DNA of 64,000 nt from positions 124,001-188,000 of the forward strand of contig RSEE01000015.1 of NCBI GenBank assembly GCA_003971905.1, written 5' to 3'. Below the pieces are notes generated by a model, which worked only from the letters and a program-made list of their open reading frames with translations, ran no database searches and was not told where the DNA came from. Origin of the DNA: Moniliella sp. 'wahieum'. Taxonomy: Eukaryota. Below are positions 11,572 through 24,545 of this stretch, one piece after another. A program made the position numbers and the translations under genes. Within the stretch, counting starts at the first letter, position 1; each line of letters starts with the position of its first letter.

Positions 11572-14500
11572 GTTTGGTAAGATGCGACCGAACGAAAGGC
11601 GGACACGGAAGGAATGATCAGATGGTGGAAGGGGAACTCCTTTTGCGGGACGGCGTTGATCAGGGGCGTCGGCTTAAAAGGAAATCCCAACATACCTCAG
11701 TAGGTATCGATGAATAAGTAGATGCAGTTCACGGTTTACGCGTTACGAGTTGCGCCTCCTCAGGCCTCGGGCCTCAGATCTATACAACGCATGTGGGTGT
11801 ATGTACATCTTTTTTTCGCGCCATGTGGATCAGTCCCTCGCAGGATCGATGATCGAGAGGCTGTGGGTGGTAGCGAACATCCCTTTGCTCTGGGTCTCAC
11901 ATCCGTATACCATCTGGCATCCTCTGGCAGTCCCAGAGCCATGCCACGAACATCAGAGCGCAGGACGGATGTCGAATTATGTCGGCGTGATGACTTCGAT
12001 GACTCCTACCGATTGGCACCCATCGATGTTGTGTTGCGGTGAAAAATACATGATGCGCATGATATGATCGAGATGTGGCTTGGCGACTCCCCCCGTTCAG
12101 AAAGATGCACAGCACAACACCCGTTCGTTGACCGGACTCAGCATGCACATCGTTCGTTGAACGTTGATTACTATACGAGACGTTTTGGGGGCCAAGAATA
12201 CGGGATGTCTCGTACGCAAAGTGTTGTCGCATTATTATATGGCACCGCGCAGTGCTCTGCAGATGGCGTTGGCATACATATGGTGCATGATGCATGACAT
12301 GCATATGACATGCGAAGCTTGAAGCCCTTTTCGCACGGGTCTCCCGCGCTGTAGCTTCACAGACAAAGACGGGGAGCTGGACGCCACAGGGGATTTCCTA
12401 TTTTGGCGTAGCATAATTCGCACGAATGCCACTGTGTGAGGATGTGCCGTTCATGCTGTCATCTCGATTTTGTCAGGCATGCAGGCCTGAGCCTCAGGCC
12501 TCCGACCCTGGGAAAGAGGCAGAGGTGGGGCCCTCGCATTTGTCGGCCTGATGGGGACGAGTCTCACACATTGTGTGTGCGAGTGGGGACGGCGCCCCCC
12601 GTTGACGGTCGCCTTTGTCATACTTTCCGTCAAGTACACCCAACGAAGCTGGCTCCAGAGCAGCACCACAAAAATAGCATCTAGTGCTGCGCAAACACAA
12701 AACAGCATGTCTTGAAGCTTGATCGGATTTCATCGACCCATCACACAAAAAATGAATGTTTTCTCACTACTTGTGGTGTTGTGAGCTGAGGGCCTGAGTC
12801 TCAAGACTTGGTGGCTGCGAGAGTGGGAGCCTGGACGTGATATGAGCGCAGGGTTCCTTTATCCAATGTGCGCAGGCCTTCCGGTGCGTTTTACGAACGC
12901 AGAGGAGTTCAACGATGTTAAATTCGATTCAATATTTAGGCAAACAAAGGTGTGCTCTTCACCTCTACGTTCGACATGGGCAGAACCGAGGAAATTGATA
13001 ACAAGTGATGGATGCTCGTTGGCTCTCATCTCATGCATCATTCACATCGTGCATCATGTCGCTGTCACATGTCACATGTCACACGGGCCGGGATATGAGG
13101 CCGAGGCCATATGAGGAGTGCGACTGGCTGTTCCGAGAAGACGGTTGAAAACGCTGTGGCGCGGTCAATATCACTGTCATCTATCGCAGGCCGGGTAGAT
13201 GCCACATGTCACATGTCACAGGTCACATGTCACGCCACTTTGGCTGTCCACCCAGAACCGAGAGCGGCAGGAGGCGGCAGGGGATGGCGCCGGATAAGGT
13301 CGGGCCGAAAACGCTCACTGTCCCACCACCCTTGACGTCACACAGTTGACGTGGGTTGCCGGTTATTAGGCGCTAGGCGTTGGTCGGCGCTCTTGCCTGC
13401 TCTTGCGGCTTGGCAGCGAACCGGAGCCGAACGAGGCTGCGCGTGGGACTACTGAGTACTGACTAGTGGCTGGTGAGTAGCTTGACTAGTGACTAGTAGT
13501 CTGCACGCCAACGTTCCATATATCATAGCCCAAACATCACACGTCCCCTTTTGCCTCCGCTTCTCGCAGGTGGGCGCTACGTTTTGGTGTCCGATCCATC
13601 TACAGATCCCTCCCCTACCGGCCACATCCTGCCACACCCCTGCCCCCTTTTGTGGAGGCTCTGCCAATGATTCATCATTCATGATTTAATGACATGAATG
13701 ACACACATCGTTTCTCGCCGCTCTCCTTGGATTGAAAAATGCAGCCGCCCGCTCCCGTCTTGTTCCCGTCCAGACCCGTCTCCTGTCCTCCTTTTGAACG
13801 TCCCAAAGCGTATTGAATTCACAGTCCATATGTTTCCTATCGTCTCCTCAGACCGTTGGACCGAGGCTTCAATTCAATGGCATTATTATCGACTCTTCAG
13901 GTCGCACACTATGTCAGCACTTTTTTCTAGTAACTAATTCCTCATTTTTGGCTGTAGACCGAAGAAAGCCGCGAGCACACCCACCAGCGCACGTGCTGTA
14001 CACATATGGCGAAGGAGACCGAATGCATGGAAGAAATCGAATGCTTGACGAATTGACCTCTTTTGTCTCCGTCGAAAGCACGGTACTCGACAGCTTTTGT
14101 GAAGAAGCTTTTTAAGCGCGCGCCCCACACCTCCTAAGGCCTCATTGGCCTCATTGCATCTAAAAAATCCGGCCATCGGCGTCGAGGCTGGGGGCTGGGG
14201 GTGTACCAGACCATAGTCAGTGCTGCGTGCTGCGCGCTGAGTTCAGCTTCAGCACTGAGCAGCGCTGAGCATACTCAGTCTGAGAGTACTCAACTCAGCG
14301 TTCAACTAACACTGAGTACTGAGTCTCAGTCACTCACTATTCATGCTGAGTCTGCGCAAAAAGCGCCTCCCCCGCAGGCGGCTGTCCTGTGTTGAAAAAA
14401 AAGTCTCCGCACACACCCCGCATGCTTGTCCCCTGACATGTGACACGCCAGGCATGTGACACTGTCTTGCCACATATCACACGTCCATGAGGCAGCGCTC

Positions 14501-15846
14501 AGCGTGAGCGCAGCACTCATATTGCGCTGGCCTTCAAGCTGTACTACTAGTTACTAGTTACTAGCTGCATGCAGCAGACCTCAGATCCTCCAATCTCACA
14601 GGGTATAACACAAACTGGCGTGATCTCTGTTGGTGCGCGGAGAGGACATTCAGGCCCAGGATCATATAGGGCAGCTGATGATGCTCAAGAGGATGCTCAT
14701 GATGCTGATGCCCCTGCTGATGGTCATGCTGTGATGCTCATGTCTGAGGTCTGGATCTGACGACCTTTCCCATCCGCTAACCGGGGGCGCATGTGCCCAC
14801 TCCGGTCCCTGTGGATCCGATGCGGATCAGCCTGGAGCCGCGGCGCGGAACTTGTGACGTTGACTGGTTGTCCACAGAAAGTGCGTATAAGGTGCATGAA
14901 GAGTCCTGTGAATCTTCATCACATTGTTCATGTTCATCCATACGCCCTTCGGCTTCGCGGCGCACCGGTGCATCACCTCTCAGATATCAGTGTTTCCCCA
15001 GGGCCTGCGCTACCTTGCTCAAGCGCAGCGCTACATGAGAATGGGCCTGAGGATCTGAGCTCACAAAGGCCTACAGCCCATCCCGATCCAACCCGCAATG
15101 GAGGCAAGAGTGGCCCGAATGCTTGTTGCGCTCGGCCGGCGCTTCCCTGTGAGAGGATCGACGCTCAGAACGTAGTGAAGAGCGACTATTAGTGACTAGG
15201 GAACATTGTTGACCCATTGGGCAATGCTAGGCCTGCTACGCCCTGCCGGCCTGCTCCCGGGACCGAGGTTGGAAAGTGAAGTCTGTGTGAAGGCGCGGCA
15301 AGAAAGTCGGGGCAGAAGCAGCTACTGAGTAATGAGCGCGCGGAGAGCACCCATCCTCACTGGGCCCGAGGCCCGAGCGCTTTATGGTCGGTTTGCGCTT
15401 GGCACTACTGTATCCATCGCCGAGGCGCCTGTGAGGAAGAACATACTGAAGCTCCGTGCCCGGCTCTCCCATCACGCACGTCCTGCCAGGATCCTGGCTG
15501 TAAGCAGGGCGGAGCCACCCGACGGCACCGAGTTACTACGGTATCTATGGTCCAGCTGCCCCTCTGCCCGCCAGGACCTACCGTTCTCTCTGCCTCGGCC
15601 TGCGCACGACTGATGGTAGACTAGCCAACACAGGCCCACATTAATTGGGTCCATGGGATATATATATTTGCCCCCTCCTCCGTCCCATCCAGCCCATCCC
15701 TCCATACACCGGCTTTCGTCGCGTTTCCCTCTACCCCTATCAACTCAGCAACCCAGCCAACTCCTCTCGCTGCCTTCCCCACCCGTTCTTCACCACACCG
15801 CCCTTCCGCGCCTTTTTTTTTCTTTCCTTCAGCTGCCTACACTACA

Positions 15847-16845
15847 ATGTCTGTCGCCTGGCTCTCTCCACGCGACTCGGTGAAGACGAACCCCGTCGCC
15901 GCCGATGTCACTGTCAACTCGCACGGCTCGGACTTTGCCTGGGCCGTCTTTGCGGTTCAAGCCGTTGTCTTTTTGGGCTTGTCGTTGTACACATTTTTCT
16001 CCGTGAACCGTGGTCACCGTACCTTTAACTACCTCGTGGCTGCTACCCTGGCCTGCAGCATGCTCAACTGGTAACGCTTGCTTCCGACATCGGCGGGATC
16101 CCTGTCACGGTCGAGTTCCGCTCGGGCTCCTGGACGGGCAAAGGCAGCGGCACGAACCATGCCGCGACGCGGGCCGTTTGGTACTTTTTGTCCGTCGTTC
16201 TCGTCATATATGTTCGCTCCTGTTTCCATGTCACGGTTATCCTAACAGTTAGGTGTTCTTAGGCTCTCGCGCTACCTTGACTGGCTGATTTCGACCCCCT
16301 TTGTTATCATTGCCATTCTTCTTGTCTCGCCCGTCCCCCTTTCGACCATCTTCATGACGGTCTTCGTTGAGACGGTCGCTGTGCTTTGTGCCCTGGGTGG
16401 TACCCTGACTGCCAGCAGTTACAAGTGGGGCTATTTCACGATTGGCGTGGCGGCCATGTCGGGCGTGCTCTGGGTGCTGTTTGGCCCGGCGCTGCTGGCT
16501 TGCAGGAAGGCGGGCAAGGATGTGTTCTGGGCGTACCTTCCCGTTGTCACTGGCTTTGCCGTGTGGACGGTGGTGTATATTATTGCCTGGGCGATGGCCG
16601 AAGGCGGCAACGTCATTTCCCCCGACGGCGAGTTCATCTACTACGGTGTGCTTGACATGGTTGCCAAGTCCCTCTCCCTGTGTTACTTTGTCTTCTGCGT
16701 CTCGGGTGTCGACTACGAACGCTTTGGTCTCTTCTCGAGTAAGGCTTCCATCTTTGCTTCCCCCGAGACCGTCCCGGGCGTTGCCTCGGCTGCCCCTGCC
16801 GAGGTGGCGGCGCCGGCTACCACCAAGGAAGCCGAGGAGGCCTAA
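15847..16845 (+). CDS. Fungal microbial rhodopsin/opsin, CarO-like (copy 2); intron 16181-16262
   Basis: GSDFAWAVF, PVTVEFRSGSW, RYLDWLISTPFVIIA, SSYKWGYF, EGGNVISPDGEFIYYGVLDMVAK. The intron is at the same codon position as in copy 1. Confidence 0.92.
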
Positions 16846-17834
16846 AGCCGAGAGGTGTACATGATTCACATTTTATGCCCCCTTTTCGACCCTTGCTCTC
16901 CCTCACACCTCCCTCAGGCGCGGGGAACTTCGGTTTTCCTATCTGCTTGCTGGAGTTAGTGAAGGTTTGTTCACTTTGATGACCAACTCCTCTGATGCTG
17001 TCATTGGATCCTATGCAGTGGTTCTTTGGTGCCTTGACGTATACCTGTTGGTTCATATCCCCCCCCCCCACATTTACCCGTAGGGCGTTTCTTTCCTTTT
17101 CCCTCTGCCCTCCTTTTTTTCCCTTACTTTGGTGGTCCGCACGCCCGAGCTCCATCATGCATGACGGATCGTGTGCTATGATCTCGTAGACGCATGCTCG
17201 TTTCTACCGCCGTCTATAGTTTCTCCCTAATGCCAACTTTACCGACCTTCCCCGCCGTCCCCTATTATTATCTACAACCACATGCCAATCATATGAGCTG
17301 GTATTGCGGGTGAATACTCTTGTCATTTGTGTGCCAACAAGGGTAGGGGGGGATTTCAGATTGTATAGTGCATTCTGATCACAGATTGCTCGTCTACACC
17401 AGGAACTCGTAACGATAGATTCGTGTACTGTATCGGGCATACAATCGGCTTAATCACAGTCTGGTATTGCGCGACTGTGCCTGTCCATCACCGAGCGATT
17501 CGATATAGCTTTTGCGCAAGGCATATAAGGTAGAAAACCATCAAGGATTGTACTTCGCCTGCCTGCACTGCTTATATGATACTAGCCACACTTTCAACTG
17601 CCCATCGAGCTCACGAGGGTTCCCCAAACCATGGTTTCATTCCATCCCTGCTCAGCAGAATGCGCCACTCTTCAGACTGAGTTTGGAACGTCCCCATACC
17701 TAATACTACCGCAGACAGGACAGACCGTCATCGATTAAGGGCACACCGTCCCCCCAAACTCCTACTAAATGCCTGCTAAAAAGAACTAACCCGGACTGAA
17801 GTATGCTGATCCGTTCCTCGGTCTACAAAGGAAG

Positions 17835-18159
17835 TGTAACGGGGTCGCTGGCTTCCCAGGCGGAGACCTTTCCTGCCCATCGAAGACAAGACTCACGGAG
17901 GAATGAACGCGTTTCGGTTCCAAAGTCCAAGAAACACTGGTGTGAACGTAGGAAGAGGGTCGCGAGTAGTGCTTTGGTGTTCGTCGGGCAGAGCCAGACA
18001 AGAGGAGGTTGCACGTTAGGGGCCGAACGAGAGAGCGGGGAGTCCCGATGGGCGAGGGAGGGCAAGCGAGCTGATCGAAAAGGTGGTTCTTCTAGAGTGG
18101 AGTTCGCCTAGAAGAAGGATGAAGGGAAAAGTGAATGGTTGGCGGCTTAGGCCATCACA
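17835..18159. mobile_element. Solo LTR (family A, copy 2)
   Basis: Starts TGTAAC and ends ...ATCACA. Diverged direct-repeat homolog of 8626-9025. Confidence 0.6.
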
Positions 18160-18299
18160 ACTGATGCTGGTTTTATAGAAGAGAAAGAGAACAAAGGAAA
18201 GACCAGCAGGTCTACAAAAAAAGGGGAAACGAGTCAAAGGGAAGAAGTGAGGACCAAGCACACGAGGAACAATCCGGACGGTGAAACGGTCAACCTGTG

Positions 18300-18810
18300 G
18301 CTTTGGTGGCCCAGCAGGGTGGATGCACGAGGGAACAGTGGCTGTAGTGGCTCGGATGAACGATCACGGTTGGACAATGGAACGGTCGCCAACAGAACAG
18401 TTGCTAAGGTGGCTACGGTTACCGATCAATGCTGTGTTGGGTCATGGAAGGCTGGCTACAAGGTGGCGGAGCCGTACCGGTAACTATACGGTGGTCCATC
18501 CTGCCCAAGAGAGGGAGCACGAGGCGGGGCTCCCATAAGCAGCAGCAGCCAGGACTCAGAGGGTGCCATCCATCGACAAGCTGCAATTATCGGTCCTCCG
18601 TGGGTACGGTGGCCCAGAAGGGCCAATGGCCGATGGAACTATGGCCAATGTGGAGACGAGACGAAATGGTTGCTGCGGCGGCTACGGTCCCCGATCAGTG
18701 CTGGCCCACGCAACGGTGGCGAAGGTGGTGACGACGGAAGGGTTGCTCCATCCTGCCCAAGGAAAGCGCGCTAGGCGGGGCTCCCTGACGAAGCAGCAGT
18801 CAAGAGCCAG
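18300..18810. repeat. Degenerate tandem duplication of a roughly 250-bp unit
   Basis: gctacggt..ccgatca and tccatcctgcccaag...aggcggggctccc...agcagcag each occur twice, about 250 bp apart. Confidence 0.55.
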
Positions 18811-19236
18811 CGCCTCCCTTCCATCGTCCACCCAGCCCTGGCTCTCCATATGTTCTGAGATATCAAGGACAGACTGAGCTCTGAGGCTGGACAGCCTTTC
18901 GCCCAATTCGCTAGGTGTCACGCCAGCCACGTTCCTGCTTCTGACTCCAGCGCGTTCCTGCTCCGGACGATGGAACGGCGTGCCACGCCACACAACAGTG
19001 AATATGATGGGATATGTTAACTTATGTTGCATGCGGGAGCGGATGTCTCTCTGTTGACGATGAAACGGTGAACACTTACAGACGCACGGTAAAAAGCATC
19101 ACGTATGCAGAGACGAGGCGAGAAAGCGAGTCGAAATCATGCGTAGTGTTATGGGGCGCTCCAGTCATTGACTCCGGACACCGAGTCTCGCATTTCGTAG
19201 AACTCTCATCAATGCACACGCCAGCACCGCGACACT

Positions 19237-20188
19237 TGTGAGTAAGAGTCAGCGCTCAGCATGCCAGACAACTTGCCGCTGATATTTTCCGCGGAGAGCC
19301 AGGAAAGGACTGTGGACTTATTAACGGTACGAAGCTTCGTATCCGCGGCGCCCAGTCTTGGTAGAATCCCACATCTACTGCGCCCAACAGCTCGCATTAT
19401 GGGCAGAACAGGCCGCTCTTTACCTCTTACTACTGTAGATTTTCCCTTTCTTCTGTTGATGCCTGTTCTGATGTTAGTTACACTATGTAAGCAGCACTGT
19501 CTGAGGCTTGCTGTGGCGGTGATCCTCACCGCCCAAAACCCACGTCTTCCCCCGACTTTCCTCCTCACCCTTACGTTTACCAATATACGACTTACGTCGA
19601 GACTGCAAGCTTCGGTTACTATCAGTAGCGCTTGCTCTTCTTTAGGACTCTATCTGTTCCCGCCTACTAAAGCGTACCGAGTGTGGTAACGCCGAGAGGA
19701 ACAGAGTAACTTCGGAGATCCTGGACCCTTTCAATTGGTCTTACGACCTACGTACGGGGCTCCTACCTCGGAGGGTTTGAGCTGCGGCCTTTGCACGCAG
19801 GCAGCCACCCAAACTAGAGGGTCTCTCCCTTGCCTCTACACCCGCTCAGTTCAACCAGGATCTGAAGCAGGACCTAACGTACGTAACTCTAATGCCATGT
19901 CCAAGGGCTTTCACCCATAAATTCCGGTTGGGGTCGGGCTCCGTCTCGGGGCTCGCCCATGACATGTGTGTGTTTTGGATTTTATTAGACGAGTCAAGTG
20001 ACTAGTGACTATAGTGAGCGGAGAAGAGACGATTGTTGTGGGTTTTATAGATACTAGGCCGAGAATCCGAGTCACGATGGCGAAAGATAGGGAACTTGAG
20101 TAGTGATAGGAAGAGAAGCCGAGAAGCGAGAGCGACGATAAGGAAGTGGAGGTGACTGTGTAAAGCGACTTATCGTCGCTCCACGACA
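19237..20188. mobile_element. Cluster of LTR-like remnants
   Basis: Abutting TG...CA segments. 20120-20188 (cgagaagcg..agcgacgataaggaagtggaggtg...tcgtcgc..ca) matches the end of LTR 8626-9025. Confidence 0.4.
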
Positions 20189-20351
20189 AGAAGAGCCGCT
20201 GCGGGAGTGCACTGAGTATAACACTGAGGACGAATGGTATTAAGTCATTTAATTCTCCTCCATGGTGCAGAGGCGGGTTGGGGGGGGTCCAAGTGGAGAA
20301 CATTTCAGCGTTCTATACAAACTAATGGGGAGGAGAGGGTGAGAGGGGAGG

Positions 20352-23300
20352 TCAACCATGTGGACGAGGCAAAACGAGGGTTTCGTCTTCCTTCAGCGGC
20401 GGGTGGCTGCGTGCCAGTTCATCCGGGTGAGGAGGGTCGGATGAGGCCCAGCGGGGCTGATTGCCATCCAACAAGGACGCCAGTGCCTCGTCCGCGCGTG
20501 TCCGGGAACGGGACAGAGATCGGCGGGGCCGGGTACCGGTCCAAGCCGGCGGTGGCCGTGCGGAAGCGGGAGCGGGATCGAGAACGGAACCCGAGTCAAC
20601 CGATTGCCCTCGTCCTCGCACCGCCGCTCGGCCCCGTGGCTCATCCAGGAAGGCAGGCATGCCCAGTCCGGCCAACGCCTCTGGCCACCCAGTTTGCACG
20701 ACAAGCGACTGAGATTGCGAAGGCGCCGCTGCAGCCCCAGGCTTGGCCTTGCGAGGAATGTCAAGGGGCGTGTGGGTGCCAGAGGTGGTCCCCTCCGCTT
20801 GGGCATGCGATTCCTGGGTCCAAGGGACAGCCATGGGGAGCTCATGCGGTCCCTTATGAGCGACGAATCCGAGAAAGGGAAGAGAGTCGCGGGATGTTGG
20901 TGCGAGAGAATGCCCTGTCAATTCTTCGGCCACCGTGCTTTGGCACCTGGCAGAAGGGGTGGGATCTCTTCTTCCTGTGGGGAGGAAGGGGTGGCAGCCG
21001 GCGAGAGGGGGCGCAAGAGGGATAGGTTCCCCTGCGGTGGATTGCGCACCTCTCTTGGGCTGGAGGGCGGGAAATCCAATGCCTGTTCACCGGGAAGGTT
21101 AAGCCAGCGGGACCGGGCCAGCTGCTCCACATCCCACCGCTGCGCCGGGTCACGACACAATAGGCCACGAAGAACTTGCCGGACCCAGACACGCTCCGCT
21201 GACGATCCGTCCCAAAACATGTCATCTTCTCCCTGTTCATCATCGGACATTGGGTCCGGATCACTCTCTTCCTCTTGTTCGTTTGGCGAAGTGACCTTGC
21301 CTGCCCATGGAGGTGCAGAGGAGCCAAGGGACTCGGTTGCACGACGGACCATTGAATGCGGAAGCGCAGGCGTGGATACCGACAAGTCTTCCGTTGGAAG
21401 TTGCGCAAGGGGGGAAGGCATCGTGATGGCACTCCCTGACAAGTTGCGGCCATGACCAGACACGTTAGCGAACCGCGAACCCCAACTCCCCGAACGCTCC
21501 AGCTGGCTTCGCGCTCTGGCCAATGAAAGGCCAGCAGACGAAGGGGCAGTACTTGCGGGCCACCGCCCCATGTCCAAGCCTGGACCCGACCCCAAAGGGG
21601 GGGTTTGACGGCGCAGTCGTACGGGCATTTCCCATTCTCCCTTTTGGATCTTGGCCTGAAGGCGTGGCTCGAACTGATCACGGAACGGAAGGCGTCCAGA
21701 CAAGAGGGCATAGAGGACACACCCAAGTGCCCACATGTCACCAGCGTAACCATGGGAAGGCGTCGTTCCGCTCGACGACTCTCTTCCATCTGGGTCACGC
21801 AGTAATTCTGGCGCACAATACGGCATCGATCCACCACGTGCCAGTACACGCCGTCCGACCAAGTGTGGGTTCGCCGTACCCAACCGGGAAGATGGAGCCG
21901 GTTCCACTTCCTTCTCCGCACGGCTGGCTAAACCGAAATCACTAATCTTCCACACCACCGCCACATTCTCACCGGGTTCGTCGTCCCCCGTATCGGACAT
22001 CATACCCAGGATATTGTCGAGCTTGATGTCGTTGTGCACCACATGGGCTCCATGCAGAGTACGCACACCTTCCGTCACTTGAATAAAGACATCCCTAGCG
22101 ACCGAAAGGGGCAGACCTCGGCTGCGGGGGGCCGAGGCCACAGATCCGACCCTACGCAGGGATGCTGTGCGAGCCGAGGGACCACTAAAAGATGAATGAG
22201 CGCTGGGTAAGTCACAATTGATACTGGACCGATATGCGCCGGTGGCGGCGCTGTACAGCGCGTCCGCCGCGGCACGGCGTTCAGGCTCAGTAGTTGGACT
22301 CTGGGGAATGAAACCGCTGATGCCTGTCGCCTTGTGTCGGATACTGGGTGGGCGAGAAACCGAGGTTCCCCTGGACTGAGGGACGGTACTAAGCATCGGG
22401 CTGGGAGCGTGCGTAACAGACGTGGAGCGGCGCGACATTGATGAGCCCCGGCCCCCGAAACAGCATGGGACCCAACCAACGGCTTGGGGACTCCTTCGTT
22501 CCGCACATAGTCTAGTAGGGAGCCGGCGTCGCACAGAGGCATAATAAGCACGTCCACATGGGTCATGTTCTCCTTAGAGAGGGGGTTGGGGTTGGATGGG
22601 TCAAGAGTGATTCGCTCATACCAGATGAGCTCCAGTAGGTGTGCGTTGGCCGGTAACGCACGCCACAGCGCCATCTCCTCACTCATCCAATCATCGCCAG
22701 TGTTGGGTGCCTTGGCTTGGGCCAGCGTTCCCCCAACCCCAGCCCCGTTCGTCCGAATAGATCAACTTGCCTGCTAAGGTGGCAGAGCCGAAGGGCGAAT
22801 GGGATTGATGCGTCGGGCTGCCAGGTGCGTCACCCACATCAAAAACTTCACGAATGGTGGAGAAACCGCCATACCCGATGACCTGCCCGAGAAGGTACCT
22901 CCCTTTGGGACCGACGCGGGCGCCCATCCCACTAACCCGACGAGAAGGAGGAGCGTAAGTGACTGCGTCACTAAATCGGCGACGTGGGTCGTGGCCCCAA
23001 GCATCCGAGGTGAAAGAGGAATGAGAGGGCAAAATGGCTGCATGCAGAAGGTGTCAGTTCGCTATCTGTATAACACAAACAAAACAAACAGGGGGGACAA
23101 GACATACGTTGGGACGTATCGAGAGGCGAGGCGAGCGAATGCTTCGGAGACATCGGCGCCGCCGAAGTGGGGGGCGAGTTGAAGTTGAGTAAAAACTGGG
23201 CTGCAGGAGAAACGCCATGCTGGAGCACGTTCGGGGAGGCCGACACATGGTCCGAGGCGGAAGGCGAGGGGATTCGTAGGGGCGATGCACGTGCCGAGGG

Positions 23301-23663
23301 CGGAACCGTGGGGGCGGCCGAAACAGAGGGGGAAGGGCGCTGCCACCATGCAACCGAGGTGCTTTCGGGAACGAGTTCCGATGCACCCAACGCGTCTGAG
23401 GGGGAAGAGAGAGCTGCGCCGGCGGCGGCCACGGCGAGAGGAGGAAGTGCCGGTAGTGCCGGCATCGGAGGGGGGGGTGGCGGGTCGCCGCTGTCCGCCA
23501 GGACGGGCGCCGGGGGGGAAGGGTCGAGAGAAACGGCGATGCCGAGACGGCGTGCGGCGAAAGAGCTGGCATCAAAAGAGCCGGCGAGATTAGCGTCGGA
23601 CGAGAGACTGAAGCTCAAGCCCGAGGGGTCGTAGAGGGGTGCTGCATATTCGTCTGTTGCCAT
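20352..23663 (-). CDS. Ser/Thr protein kinase, Nnk1-like (CAMK group); intron 23038-23107
   Basis: IGYGGFSTIRE, EMALWRAL, HNDIKLDNIL, ISDFGLA, GSMPYCAPE, DMWALGCVLYALLSGRLPF. The C-terminal end is inferred across a frameshift. Confidence 0.82.
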
Positions 23664-24545
23664 TCTTTACCGGCGCATCGTGCAGGGGCAGGATGCGCTG
23701 ACAGTGGCGGGCGTTGTGGCGAGGATGGGATGGGGATGGTGCTGAGGAGAGAGAGGAGGAGGAGGACGAGGACGGGAACACAAGCACAAGGATGGGTGCG
23801 ACGCCAATGGATGGTGGTGGGGATGGCGGCCGCATGTGCCGCTGCCAACCAGCCAAGCTCGGGGCTGCTCCCGAATAGCCCGCCCTTGGCCAGGCTGCGG
23901 GGAAGGCGGCTACAGCCGGCTGATGCCTGCGGCGGATTTAATTAATCGGCAGCGCCCAGCCGGCAGGCAAGGAACGAACGGTCGTCTCCTGCCGCTGGCT
24001 GCCTACGCCGAGCACCGCACCAGCGCACCCCGCACTGGCTCGACGGCTATTATTTGCCCAGTCGGGCTTGGGGGCCCAGACGAGGCGCACACGCCCCATG
24101 TCCGCGCCTTGGCTCGTTTGCCACCCTCGGCCCATTCCTTCCATCCACAGTGGGATCTCCAGCAGCAAGCAGGCGGCAACGAGTAGCTAGGAGCAACAAT
24201 CCGCTGACCTCCATCACGCGCTAGACTGTGGCCCTGCAGCTGCTCCCCATTTGGTGGCGTGATGGTTACGCGGCCTGGCCAGTACGTCAATAAGTCATGG
24301 GCTCGAGTCCCGCTCGAGCCATTAATCCAGTGATGGCGATGGCGTTCCTTGGCGGATTGGGGCGTATAAAAGACACGAGAGGCACTCCCGCGGCAAATGC
24401 CGTCAGACGGAACCCTAGTACCTCTGGTGGCTTGCACCGATTCACGTCGCTGTGAATCCCACATTTTTTCCTTCAACCGGCAGCCAGCCCACCCTGGCCC
24501 CTCCCTGCGCCAACACGTGCGACTACCATCCTCATCCCAACACCC

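Noticed and set aside
16072..16074. Premature TAA in opsin 2
   Set aside because: Homology to copy 1 resumes immediately (ASDIGGIPVTVEF), so this is probably a local indel error. It needs read confirmation.
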